DNA from: a virus
DNA: 64,000 nucleotides
Virus record (IMG/VR): IMGVR_UViG_3300030333_002322
Direction: 5' to 3' (one strand)
The first letter of the stretch is position 1. Every line of letters begins with the position of its first letter. This document shows, piece after piece, positions 20,490-29,391 of the stretch. Made by a program: the position numbers and the translations under genes. The notes under the pieces were generated by a model. That model was not told where the DNA came from. It worked only from the letters and a program-made list of their open reading frames with translations, and ran no database searches.

Positions 20490-20540
20490 TTATCCGCAAC
20501 AAGTGCAAGAACAGCATTCACAACATTTACATTTACTCAT
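20490..20540 (-). CDS. 16-aa Cys-rich micropeptide MSKCKCCECCSCTCCG
   Basis: AGGAG SD 6 nt upstream; the ATGA start overlaps the upstream stop; fills the intergenic gap exactly; 8 of 16 residues are Cys. Confidence 0.7.
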   Translation of the reverse strand: MSKCKCCECCSCTCCG

Positions 20541-21715
20541 GTCTTTCTCCTCGCGTCGTTTTTATTAAAGTTAAGAGCACTAAACTCTTTCCTATCTACA
20601 AATTTAGAAGGTCTGCCATTTCGTATTGCTACAAAACCTTCTGGTTTAACTTTTTGTCCGTCTACTTCATGTCCCCATTGTGATTTCTGAGACATTGTTT
20701 TAGTAAGGATATCCTTTGCTGCTTGAAGGTGTCTGTGCATGTGCATAGGTCCTTCAAAGTGTTCCTTATTCTTATTTATATGTCCTACGGTGTCATCATG
20801 TGTTTTTTGATGCCTAGCTTTTGCTGCTGGTGTAGATACTCCGTCTATTTTCTTTTGTAGTCTGGTACTTACATGTTTAGCAAAACCTTCATGAGAATAC
20901 TGTTCGCCTGTTCTAACCGTGTGGTTAATATATGTCTTCTTAGCGTCTGCATGTTTTAGAACAGTATCGTGGTGCTCATCTGGTGTATTTTTAAAATGTG
21001 CTACTGCTTGTTTTAGATGATGATCTACCTTAGCCCTATCCTCTAAAGAGTATCTATGAGTACTCATATCGTGATTGGCTGACATCATATGTACGTCTTT
21101 ATGCTTTTTAAAGTTGTTATGATCTATAGCACCATGAGTTGCTTTTAAAGTATCTATTGTCTTACCTTCGTACTTTGTATGTACTGCTAATCCTAATTGT
21201 GCATTAGCAGCTGCCTTGCCGTGTTCTGAATCATGTGGTGCGTGATATGTAATCAACTGTGGTGTAAACTCTACTCTATTACCTTTCTTTTTAACATCTC
21301 CAGGACCGTGCATAATGTCTGCTTGATATACACCATCAGGCTCTATTTTATGTGCGTGATCTAATGCTGCTTTTAATTTGGATACAAGTCCAGGAGCATG
21401 GCCATGATTAGCATCTATGTCTTCGTGTGTATGATTAATCTTAGGATTTTTATTAAATGCTGATTTTGATGCTACAAAAAACTTGCCATTCTCTGGGTGT
21501 TTCCCAAATACAACAGCAGGACTACCATCATATTTTATTGTGGTATCTGTTTGTCCTTGTCCTTTACCTTGTAAATGATTATGAACATCATTTATAGTAT
21601 GAAACGCATGTCCAAAACCTTCTTTACCAGCATGCAGAACATGATCTTCCACATGCTCAAGATGTTTGAGCTTGTCTTCTTCTGCCTGTTCTCTTAAAAA
21701 TTCTCTGAACTTCAT
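20537..21715 (-). CDS. DUF6267-like protein with ligase-type nucleotidyltransferase motifs, His-rich
   Basis: KHLEHVED, TIKYDGSPAVVFG (KxDG), PEGFV, KFVDRKEFS; N-terminal MKFREFLRE. Confidence 0.65.
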   Translation of the reverse strand: MKFREFLREQAEEDKLKHLEHVEDHVLHAGKEGFGHAFHTINDVHNHLQGKGQGQTDTTIKYDGSPAVVFGKHPENGKFFVASKSAFNKNPKINHTHEDIDANHGHAPGLVSKLKAALDHAHKIEPDGVYQADIMHGPGDVKKKGNRVEFTPQLITYHAPHDSEHGKAAANAQLGLAVHTKYEGKTIDTLKATHGAIDHNNFKKHKDVHMMSANHDMSTHRYSLEDRAKVDHHLKQAVAHFKNTPDEHHDTVLKHADAKKTYINHTVRTGEQYSHEGFAKHVSTRLQKKIDGVSTPAAKARHQKTHDDTVGHINKNKEHFEGPMHMHRHLQAAKDILTKTMSQKSQWGHEVDGQKVKPEGFVAIRNGRPSKFVDRKEFSALNFNKNDARRKT

Positions 21716-21720
21716 ATCCG

Positions 21721-21728
21721 TATTTATA
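21721..21728 (-). promoter_or_regulatory. T4 late promoter, probably leaderless
   Basis: TATAAATA lies 5 nt upstream of ATG 21715. Confidence 0.7.
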
Positions 21729-22479
21729 ATAAACGGATAAACGGAAAGTCTAATTTTGTTTTCTTAGTTCCTGTTAACTTATCCATTTCCTCGTAGGTTA
21801 ATGGAGTTATGTAAACATAATTTTTTAACTTTTCATCATATCCGATATATTCCGTCCTCTCTAATCCTGGTATTACTCTACCATGTTTACCTTGTTCTGT
21901 GTTTTCAACTCTACAACCAGACTCTCTAACATTTGTTATAGCATGTAATCTTTTTAAGAACTCTCGATCACCATAATGATATCCTGTAAAAGATTCATCG
22001 TAACCACCTGCTTCCCAGAAGGTTTCTTTATCTATTACAAAGCAGTTCATATGTCCAGTTGATTTCCCCTCGAACTGTTGATTATATCTTTGATAATTTT
22101 GAAAAGTATAAACTGAGCCTTTATTAAACTTTCTTCTCTTCAATGCTGCTACATCAGGCGGATACATTAAAACATCAGAATCAAAAAATGCTATCCAATC
22201 TGTTGTAGCATATTTTGCTATAAGGTTTCTACAACCATGTGAATTGAACCCTAAGTCTCTAGATACTTTCCATACCTGTATAGTAGGTCCATGCTCAGTT
22301 AAATTTAATTCTTGATTTATAATATCTATTGCAGGGTAATCAGGCGAACCATCATCTACTAAAAATATATCAACACCACTAGGCCATTTTTCCCAGAGAC
22401 GACATAACTCTATAAGCCTAGCAGGCTCGTTATAGTAAGTATAACCTGCAGTGAACCTAAGTTGTTTCATCCGAGACAT
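21724..22479 (-). CDS. GT-A glycosyltransferase (GT2/GT7-like)
   Basis: LVDDGS, FFDSD (DxD) and GGYDESFTGYHYGDREF. Confidence 0.8.
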   Translation of the reverse strand: MSRMKQLRFTAGYTYYNEPARLIELCRLWEKWPSGVDIFLVDDGSPDYPAIDIINQELNLTEHGPTIQVWKVSRDLGFNSHGCRNLIAKYATTDWIAFFDSDVLMYPPDVAALKRRKFNKGSVYTFQNYQRYNQQFEGKSTGHMNCFVIDKETFWEAGGYDESFTGYHYGDREFLKRLHAITNVRESGCRVENTEQGKHGRVIPGLERTEYIGYDEKLKNYVYITPLTYEEMDKLTGTKKTKLDFPFIRLL

Positions 22480-22810
22480 CCACCTTTGTGAGGTCTACAG
22501 CAGGAAAGTCTATAGCTCCTCCAGTATTCAATTGAAACTGCTCGTTATGAGTTAAATTATCTTTAAAATAAACTTCATAACCAGTAAATATCTCAACAAC
22601 ATCTGAGGTGATTTGTCCTTCCAACATGTGCATAAACTCGTTCACATGTTTGTTTATTTCCTGTAAGGTTAAACCACCCTCAGGGTCATCTATATGAGCT
22701 ATTACATACTCATTACTAGGACCTGGTCTCCACATAGGGAATTCTTTATCAACCCCATGTGCTCTCCAGACTTTAGTGCACGCTACGATTTTTAATTTCT
22801 GCGACATCAT
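22457..22810 (-). CDS. Hypothetical protein
   Basis: ORF tightly packed in the operon. Confidence 0.5.
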   Translation of the reverse strand: MMSQKLKIVACTKVWRAHGVDKEFPMWRPGPSNEYVIAHIDDPEGGLTLQEINKHVNEFMHMLEGQITSDVVEIFTGYEVYFKDNLTHNEQFQLNTGGAIDFPAVDLTKVDVSDETT

Positions 22811-22973
22811 ACATCTCTATATTGTTTCTTACATCATTTATATCTATATTGTTTTTTGTTGCAAGAGTATTGGCCGTCTGATGCCAATATGCCTTGAACT
22901 CTCCATGTAAGGCTCTTCGTTCTGCTTTAACACAATTAACTATCCTTTGGATTTCTTTGTTTTTCATTTTCAC
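22773..22973 (-). CDS. Hypothetical protein
   Basis: Short ORF overlapping its neighbours. Confidence 0.45.
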   Translation of the reverse strand: MKMKNKEIQRIVNCVKAERRALHGEFKAYWHQTANTLATKNNIDINDVRNNIEMYDVAEIKNRSVH

Positions 22974-23400
22974 TCCTCGCTGTGCGTTTTCTGAGATCAG
23001 TACTACTGAAAGAATGATCTCGTTTATTATAGATTATTTCAATCTTCCTTTTATAGCAAATTCTTTTTGCTGTAAATTCTATGTCCTTATATTCTTCACC
23101 CAATATCCTAACATTAATAGGTAAGGTTAAAAATATATCTTCTAATTCTTTTTCTGTATTATAGACGACTATCTCATCTACATTTTTATTTGATGCTAAT
23201 TGAATTTGTCGTTCAACGACACTTTGTACTGGAGGATTCTTTTCTTTTCTGTCTTGAGTTGGATCGACTTGCAGAGCTGCTATCAGGTAATCACAATGTC
23301 TTTTGGCCTCTTCTAGCATAACACAATGTCCTGCGTGAAGGAGGTCAAAAGTACTGCAGGTTATTCCAATGCGTCCGCAATTTTTGTAATCTAACCTCAT
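22936..23400 (-). CDS. Glycerol-3-phosphate cytidylyltransferase-like (TagD/RfaE family)
   Basis: TCSTFDLLHAGH, SVVERQIQL and RDHSFSSTDLR. Confidence 0.85.
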   Translation of the reverse strand: MRLDYKNCGRIGITCSTFDLLHAGHCVMLEEAKRHCDYLIAALQVDPTQDRKEKNPPVQSVVERQIQLASNKNVDEIVVYNTEKELEDIFLTLPINVRILGEEYKDIEFTAKRICYKRKIEIIYNKRDHSFSSTDLRKRTARSENEKQRNPKDS

Positions 23401-23578
23401 AACTCTATCTCCACTGCCTGTTCACCTTTTGACGATGTAGTTTTTGCTAATTTCAGATCTTCTTCTACTAAATAACATAACAGTAGCAATAAGAGATTGT
23501 AAACTAAATGTTGCCATTTCTTTCACATTACTCATTATATATCTCCGAAACACATAATCAACACAAAATCAACACAAT

Positions 23579-24082
23579 TTAGGTATTCAATAACTCTAAT
23601 CCCCATTTCTGTATAACATCATGTACATAATCTGGGTAATCTCCTGGATTATCTCCATAAGATTCTAGTTTTTTCTTGAACCAAACACCTGTTTGCTCTT
23701 CTCCATTTAAATATTCTTCACTATAAACATATACACCTGCAAAGTTATAGTATTCATCTGTATAGGTCATCATTAGTTTAACACCAGGATCTATACGAAT
23801 CAAATACTCTCCTAATCTTTCAAACCATTTATAGGGTGATGACCATGAAGATGTAATTGTAACATTATCACCTTCAAAACCAGATATGTAAGCAACCTGA
23901 GGACCTATTTCTTCCTCCATGTATTCGTTGTCTATAATTTCTACATCAGATAAGAAATGTGAGAACTCTAATCCTCTTTCGTCATAGTCCTCTCTTATAG
24001 AATCAAATACTTCCTTAAAAGCTTCTCTAGCTTGAAAGTTTCCTTTTATAAGATTTACAGTGCTATAAACATTGTTTGCCAT
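23579..24082 (-). CDS. Hypothetical acidic protein
   Basis: Likely start MANNVYST; SSWSSP motif. Confidence 0.5.
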   Translation of the reverse strand: MANNVYSTVNLIKGNFQAREAFKEVFDSIREDYDERGLEFSHFLSDVEIIDNEYMEEEIGPQVAYISGFEGDNVTITSSWSSPYKWFERLGEYLIRIDPGVKLMMTYTDEYYNFAGVYVYSEEYLNGEEQTGVWFKKKLESYGDNPGDYPDYVHDVIQKWGLELLNT

Positions 24083-24281
24083 TTCTATCACCCATTTGAA
24101 AAACGTAATCCTTAGCCGTCTGCATGGCAATTCTCCTGCCCTCAGACTGATCAATAATATGTTGTGTAAATACTGGTTTGCCTAATTTAAAAAAGGTTAC
24201 CACAAATTGCTTGATAGGAACATCTTGTTGTTCTATCTTAGCGCTAAAAAAACTGTTTCCAAATGATGATATAAATCGCAT
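24063..24281 (-). CDS. Hypothetical protein
   Basis: Short ORF with GGAG SD. Confidence 0.45.
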   Translation of the reverse strand: MRFISSFGNSFFSAKIEQQDVPIKQFVVTFFKLGKPVFTQHIIDQSEGRRIAMQTAKDYVFQMGDRNGKQCL

Positions 24282-24284
24282 ATT

Positions 24285-24527
24285 TTACTCCACTGGGTAT
24301 TTGGTTTGACTAAAGTTATATCTCCTGCTCAGCAATAATTCTAACTTTTCGTGTGCTGAGGCTAATTTTTCTAATTCCATGTCTATTGCTTGTACCACGT
24401 CAGGGTGTTCACCTATACCCGCTGGATTTTCTAAATATACTCTGACGTTTGCTTTAGCAGAGGCAATCTCGCCTCTATACCTTGTCTCGAGAGCTTCTAA
24501 TAATTCTTTGCCTATTTCTGATACCAT
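24285..24527 (-). CDS. Conserved small T4-like phage protein
   Basis: ANVRVYLENPAGIGEHPDVVQAID pattern. Confidence 0.65.
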   Translation of the reverse strand: MVSEIGKELLEALETRYRGEIASAKANVRVYLENPAGIGEHPDVVQAIDMELEKLASAHEKLELLLSRRYNFSQTKYPVE

Positions 24528-24534
24528 CTTTTCC

Positions 24535-24695
24535 CTCTGTTAGTAAGGGGCAGTTTAACGTCGTTACCCCAGGACTCTCCTTTTGTTGTATTGGTTATTT
24601 GGCACTGACACCTAGGTAACCACCCCAAAAAGAGGTTCGTAATTTGTGGTTGTTTATTTGATTTCCGAAAGTGTTGAACAACCAAAACTCACTTA
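24535..24695 (-). ncRNA. Candidate structured RNA or leader
   Basis: ORF-free gap with three hairpins, downstream of a CATAAATA late-promoter variant (24696-24703). Confidence 0.35.
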
Positions 24696-24704
24696 TATTT
24701 ATGC

Positions 24705-24965
24705 CTAGCTAAAAAGTGCTGAACCGTTTTGTGCAAATGCACTAGCGATCATCGCTCTGCTAGGTGTACCAAGACGATAAGTTGGGTTACCAGCTTTATT
24801 CGTATTGGTGTAAATAGCATATCCTTTAGATCTAAGAACATTAATCTTAGCAGGAAGTCTATTTACTCTGAGCTTGTGTGTTGCCACAGCATTGCTCAGT
24901 GCTTTGCCAGTGTTCAAAAAGTTAAGAACTTTTTGCTCTTGACTCACCGTTTTACGAGTTGCCAT
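24705..24965 (-). CDS. Small basic winged-HTH-like DNA-binding protein
   Basis: QEQKVLNFLNTGKALS...LPAKINVLRSKGYAIYTN...YRLGTPSR; GGAGG SD before MATRK. Confidence 0.6.
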   Translation of the reverse strand: MATRKTVSQEQKVLNFLNTGKALSNAVATHKLRVNRLPAKINVLRSKGYAIYTNTNKAGNPTYRLGTPSRAMIASAFAQNGSALFS

Positions 24966-25320
24966 AAGGGCCTCCTTCATTTGTGGCACCTTCATTTACA
25001 ACCACCGTACTAGAAACACTAGGTGCTCCTGTATTCACGGTAGTTTTAGATTTAGGTACCGTTCTAAAAATGACCTTTTGAAGTGCATCTCTCACATCAG
25101 GAGTAAATTCAGAAATTTCTTTCTCCTTATCCTGATCTAACAAAAACTGAGAAGCAGCTTTTTTGGTCATAGCTTCCGGCAATTCTACAAACATTGTGTC
25201 TGTGTTAGATTTTGCCGTAAGTTTCTTAATGCGAGAAACCATATCGTTCCCGAACCTAGCCTTAGTTTGGCCGTGTTCAGTAACAGAATAGCCTGCATAT
25301 TTAAATAGTTGTTCAGTCAT
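24952..25320 (-). CDS. Hypothetical early protein
   Basis: Follows a sigma70 promoter; GGAG SD. Confidence 0.55.
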   Translation of the reverse strand: MTEQLFKYAGYSVTEHGQTKARFGNDMVSRIKKLTAKSNTDTMFVELPEAMTKKAASQFLLDQDKEKEISEFTPDVRDALQKVIFRTVPKSKTTVNTGAPSVSSTVVVNEGATNEGGPYGNS

Positions 25321-25350
25321 AACATCTCCATTTAATTAACTATACTACAC

Positions 25351-25400
25351 ATTATAGACTCTTGTAAACCAAGAGTCAACCTTTTTGTGGACCAAAAGAG
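25351..25400 (-). promoter_or_regulatory. Sigma70 promoter with a perfect 8-bp inverted repeat and a second upstream operator-like copy
   Basis: TTGACT-N17-TATAAT; GACTCTTG-N5-CAAGAGTC at 25357-25377; related CTTTTTG-TGGAC-CAAAAG at 25381-25398. Confidence 0.85.
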
Positions 25401-25403
25401 CAA

Positions 25404-25778
25404 TTATCCTGCTAACCTCTTTAAGGTATGTTGCTTGTTATACTCGAAGCCTTTTTTGTAGCAGTAATAATCAAAATCACCATCTACATCTTCGGCATCC
25501 ATATCCCAAGCAAGAGCTTGTCTAAAGTCTTTTGCTCCAATATTAACTAAATAAGAAAGTTCCTTATGAAAGTCTTTCCAATTGGAGGCCTTCATCTTCT
25601 GCTCTTCCTCATATTGAGCATTAGCAGTTTCAACAAGACTATCCAAAGTGGACCTAAGTTCTTCAACAGAAGAATTATTGAACAAACCTCTTGGCCTAAA
25701 GCCATAAACGTCTTTATAAGCGTCGCTTATATAAGTAAGTAATTGTTCTTTTTCTGTTAAATCTTCCCAAGCTGTCAT
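25404..25778 (-). CDS. Hypothetical early protein
   Basis: YISDAYKDVYGFRPR pattern; directly behind repeat copy A. Confidence 0.6.
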   Translation of the reverse strand: MTAWEDLTEKEQLLTYISDAYKDVYGFRPRGLFNNSSVEELRSTLDSLVETANAQYEEEQKMKASNWKDFHKELSYLVNIGAKDFRQALAWDMDAEDVDGDFDYYCYKKGFEYNKQHTLKRLAG

Positions 25779-25796
25779 CTAATTTCCTTTACTTTT

Positions 25797-25862
25797 TTAT
25801 TTAATATACCGTTATTATGCACTCTTACGGACCATAAGTCAAGCATTTTTTCAAAAGATTTT
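25797..25862 (-). repeat. ~60-bp early promoter repeat, copy A
   Basis: Near-identical to 44251-44315 and 46777-46831; contains TTGACT-N17-CATAAT (25814-25842). Confidence 0.9.
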
Positions 25863-25887
25863 GTGTTGTATATCAATAACTTAGAAT

Positions 25888-26484
25888 TTATTTTTCTGAT
25901 AAATCAAGAGATTCGTTGTTCATTTTGATGAATTTCCCTGGATTTCCGTACCAAAGCTCGCCAGGTGGGACAGATTCCCTTAATACTGTATTAGCACCAA
26001 TAACTGAGCTTTCCCCTATATCTACCCCTGGCATTAGGGTTACATTGATCCCTATAAGTACATTATCGCCTATTGTACCCCCAGGTTCTTTAATGTTGGT
26101 AGCGTACTTCTGTGGCCCTTTGTGGACCTTATTTGTCTGGAAAAAAGATGCTGACATTATTACATTATTACCTATAACTGCATCCTGTGTGATACCACAT
26201 AAGGAACCTATAATACAATCATCACCTATTTTGGCTCGTTCTCTGACATCTCCACCAAACCCTGATATCTGTGTCCTTTGTCCTATAACTACATCTTCTC
26301 TGAGCCAAACATAATGTCCAATTTTAGACCCCCTGCCAATTTCCACACCTCTGTCAATAACACAGAAAGGTCCGATTTCAACATCGACTCCTATATGAGT
26401 TTCTTTGTCTACCCAGGCTGTTGGGTGGATACCTTTTCCAGTACGTCTTCGGTCTTTCCATCTGTGGAATTCATAGTCTTCCAT
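25888..26484 (-). CDS. Left-handed beta-helix (hexapeptide) acyltransferase
   Basis: Repeated [IV]GxxxxIG hexads; WYGNPGK C-terminus. Confidence 0.85.
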   Translation of the reverse strand: MEDYEFHRWKDRRRTGKGIHPTAWVDKETHIGVDVEIGPFCVIDRGVEIGRGSKIGHYVWLREDVVIGQRTQISGFGGDVRERAKIGDDCIIGSLCGITQDAVIGNNVIMSASFFQTNKVHKGPQKYATNIKEPGGTIGDNVLIGINVTLMPGVDIGESSVIGANTVLRESVPPGELWYGNPGKFIKMNNESLDLSEK

Positions 26485-26684
26485 TGTAACTTCACTCCTC
26501 GTCTTACAAGTTCGTTTAAAAATTTTGTACGGTGTTTTTTCTTTCCCTTATTAACCGCTTCTATAATTTCGTCTGTTGGTGTCATTTTAAGATAATAATG
26601 TTTCCACCTCCATCTGTTCGTCGGTCTACCCGTCTTTTCACTCTTAACATATTCTTTAACTGATGGTTTAAACTTTGGTGGCAT
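26409..26684 (-). CDS. Hypothetical basic protein
   Basis: ORF with GGAG SD. Confidence 0.5.
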   Translation of the reverse strand: MPPKFKPSVKEYVKSEKTGRPTNRWRWKHYYLKMTPTDEIIEAVNKGKKKHRTKFLNELVRRGVKLQWKTMNSTDGKTEDVLEKVSTQQPG

Positions 26685-26698
26685 TTTATCTCTCCATT

Positions 26699-27217
26699 TT
26701 ATTTATTAATAATCTTCTCCTTGCATTCATTAAAGGTAATATCAAACATACTAAATTTTAATAATACTCTTTCTTTTGAATGACTTGGCACTCCATGTCT
26801 TTTTTGTGTATCTATTAATGCACAATTATAATTTATAAGACCTAATCCGTCAAATTCTATAGGACCATACTCATCAGATAAAACAATATTTACTGCTGAT
26901 AATGTTCCTGTATCTGCGTGCATTGGAACAGATGTATTTGCTTCTTGTTTGTAATATCTAGGTCTAATATCTTGTGAGCCAAAAAGCTCTCTTAGTTGAT
27001 CCTTTACTTTATCAACTTCCGATCCTTGTTCTACAACATGTCCTAATAACCATGTGGGTGGATTATGAAACCAATGACCCTCAGGTATTTTGCTGACACC
27101 TTGTTGTTCAGGACCTAGGTCATTAAATGGGTGGAAATTCACAGACTCCATTTCACTAATTAATTTATCTTTGTCGTAAGTTAAATTAATATCATATAAA
27201 CAATCACTTCTTTCCAT
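26699..27217 (-). CDS. Putative 2OG-Fe(II)/cupin-fold oxygenase
   Basis: VPMHADTG...RHGV...RVLLKFS (HxD...H...R pattern). Confidence 0.5.
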   Translation of the reverse strand: MERSDCLYDINLTYDKDKLISEMESVNFHPFNDLGPEQQGVSKIPEGHWFHNPPTWLLGHVVEQGSEVDKVKDQLRELFGSQDIRPRYYKQEANTSVPMHADTGTLSAVNIVLSDEYGPIEFDGLGLINYNCALIDTQKRHGVPSHSKERVLLKFSMFDITFNECKEKIINK

Positions 27218-27617
27218 TCTTTAGTTTTTCAATCTCATTACCATTCTTTTCAATATTAGCATCTTGCATAGCATCAATTAATTTTTGTGCTCTTTCTTGA
27301 TCTGTATCTTTATGTAAATCTGGATCAACAATTTTCTCTAGTTTTAAAAATTCTATCCTTGTATTTGGAACATACCTCCATGTATATCCATCATCTCCAT
27401 ATACTCCAAAAACTGTTTCTGATAAACCTATCTTAACTATTAATGCTGGTTGTCCATCAAGTATAACTTTATCACCTTCCTGGAAGGCAGGATTAAATCT
27501 AAACTTTGCTCCTTTAACAAAAGAGCCAGCCCAATCTCTAATTGCAAGACCTGCCATTAGAGTGAGTAAAAACCCTATGAACTCTACATAGTATGCTGAT
27601 AATTCTATCGTTGGCAT
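27204..27617 (-). CDS. Membrane protein resembling the MscS beta-domain
   Basis: TM helix, then FQEGDKVILDGQPALIVKIGLSETVF...YVPN. Confidence 0.5.
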   Translation of the reverse strand: MPTIELSAYYVEFIGFLLTLMAGLAIRDWAGSFVKGAKFRFNPAFQEGDKVILDGQPALIVKIGLSETVFGVYGDDGYTWRYVPNTRIEFLKLEKIVDPDLHKDTDQERAQKLIDAMQDANIEKNGNEIEKLKNGKK

Positions 27618-27620
27618 TTC

Positions 27621-27974
27621 TTACTCTTTCTTGTGATCTGTTGATGTACTGTTTACATATAAACCAAACCAGGCTGCTCCGGCACCTACTATTACTGAAA
27701 CAAGTCCTGCTTGTTCTGCATTTGGTGTAGGTAATTCCATAAACCAAGTTACGACTTTAAATAACAAGTAGATATACATGCTAATAAATGCACGAGGGAA
27801 TAATCTCCATCTACTAAAATATTCAGGGGCAACCCAAATCCAACCTCTGTCATCAGGTGCATGCCACCAAGGTTTGCCGTCTCCTGCTGGAGCCTCTTCT
27901 TCTGCTGGTGCTGCTGCTGCTTTTAATGCTTCGTATTCTGCTAAACTTAAATTAACATTGCTGTCTTCTGGCAT
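27621..27974 (-). CDS. Two-TM membrane protein (holin-like?)
   Basis: WRLFPRAF-TM-PNAEQAGLVSVIVGAGAAWFGLYV; late promoter upstream. Confidence 0.5.
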   Translation of the reverse strand: MPEDSNVNLSLAEYEALKAAAAPAEEEAPAGDGKPWWHAPDDRGWIWVAPEYFSRWRLFPRAFISMYIYLLFKVVTWFMELPTPNAEQAGLVSVIVGAGAAWFGLYVNSTSTDHKKE

Positions 27975-28001
27975 AATATTCTCCTATAATATAAGCACTT
28001 A

Positions 28002-28009
28002 TATTTATA
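28002..28009 (-). promoter_or_regulatory. T4 late promoter
   Basis: Intergenic TATAAATA. Confidence 0.7.
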
Positions 28010-28014
28010 TAGGA

Positions 28015-29391
28015 TTAGAACTTAAAATCAGAGAACTTGTCTTCTTCTTTTCCTCTGTCAAATACAGGAATATCTATGTTAGCATCTGTTAAATTTTGTT
28101 GTGCTGAGTCTTCTAAATCAAACAATTTCATTTTAGCTCTATCAACACCTATCATAAATCTTTTGTTTCTTGTAGGATCTGAATATCTGTTTTTCAACTG
28201 TTTAATCATAAACTGACCTAATTGTTCTAATTCTTCTGTACTAATAATAGCAAACATTAAGTCTGCTGTAGCAGGCAAACCAAAACTTTCTGAGGTGTCT
28301 GTTAAATCTATATCACTACTATTAAAACCACTCCTAGTTGTTTGTGTTGCACTAACAATAGGAACATCTTGTTCTACTGCTAACCCTCTAAGTTCTTCTG
28401 CAATACTCTTAATAACTGTATAAGAGTTAGCACTACTACCTGGCCTAAACCTAGAACTTGTACATATATTTAAATAATCTATGAATATAATATCTGGGAA
28501 GAAACTTCTTTTAAGTTTCAATTCATTTATTAATGCCTTAAAATGTCCTGCATGTGCAGATGCTGTAGGATATTCTTTAACAATTAATCTACCTTCAATC
28601 TTATCATTAATTTTCTTTACCCTATCTTCAAACATAGGTTTAGATAAGTCTTTTAAATCCATTATAGGAATATTCATTAGGTTAGCATCTACTCTCTCTG
28701 CTATTCTTTCTTCTGACATTTCTAGGGTAATATATAACACATTTTTACCCTTAGCGATGCAAGCAGACGCCATATGACACATAAACAGGGATTTACCTAC
28801 ACCAGTACCCGCTAATGCTATATTTAATGTTTTATTAGATAAACCACCCTCTGTTATCTTATTAAACATATCCAAATCAAACTCTACTTTTTCTTCTAAC
28901 CTATGATAGAAGTCATATCGTTTATCAGCATCTTCAATAAAATCATGACCAACATTAGTATCAAATCCTACACTCAATGCCTCAGATAAAATACTAGGTA
29001 AAGCATCTGTAGACATATCTTTCTTTTTGCCATCTATAATTTGGATACTTTCCATAACACCCAAATACAATGCTTTATCTTTACAGAACTTTTCTGTTTC
29101 GTCTACTAGCCAATTCTTATCTACTTCATCACCATTTAATGTATTAATAACTTCCATACATTTAGCATGACTATCTTCATTTAAAGATTTGTCCTCATTA
29201 ATTGCTAATAGGATTGCCTGTTTACTTGGAGGATTATTATATTTTTCTACAAAGTCATATATAACTTTAAAGACAGTCTTATCTTCAAAGGCCATAAAAT
29301 AATCAGGCTTTAGGAAAGGAATTACTTTCCTAACATAGTCGTCATCTTTAATCAGATTCTCTAATATTACTTGTTCTATTCTGTTCTTCAT
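28015..29391 (-). CDS. gp41: Replicative DNA helicase (T4 gp41)
   Basis: AGTGVGKS, TLEMSE, IDYLNI, SATQTTR, SESFGLPATAD and QLKNRY. Confidence 0.97.
   Translation of the reverse strand: MKNRIEQVILENLIKDDDYVRKVIPFLKPDYFMAFEDKTVFKVIYDFVEKYNNPPSKQAILLAINEDKSLNEDSHAKCMEVINTLNGDEVDKNWLVDETEKFCKDKALYLGVMESIQIIDGKKKDMSTDALPSILSEALSVGFDTNVGHDFIEDADKRYDFYHRLEEKVEFDLDMFNKITEGGLSNKTLNIALAGTGVGKSLFMCHMASACIAKGKNVLYITLEMSEERIAERVDANLMNIPIMDLKDLSKPMFEDRVKKINDKIEGRLIVKEYPTASAHAGHFKALINELKLKRSFFPDIIFIDYLNICTSSRFRPGSSANSYTVIKSIAEELRGLAVEQDVPIVSATQTTRSGFNSSDIDLTDTSESFGLPATADLMFAIISTEELEQLGQFMIKQLKNRYSDPTRNKRFMIGVDRAKMKLFDLEDSAQQNLTDANIDIPVFDRGKEEDKFSDFKF

Noticed and set aside
23405-23578. Small ORF (MATFSLQSLIATVMLFSRRR...), a promoter with a 16-bp spacer (23534-23561) and a 2x11-bp tandem AATCAACACAA
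   Set aside because: The start is ambiguous, the spacer is non-canonical and there are only two repeat units, so support is too weak.
24528-24704. tRNA gene in the intergenic gap
   Set aside because: No cloverleaf with a properly placed T-loop, D-loop and acceptor stem could be built on either strand.
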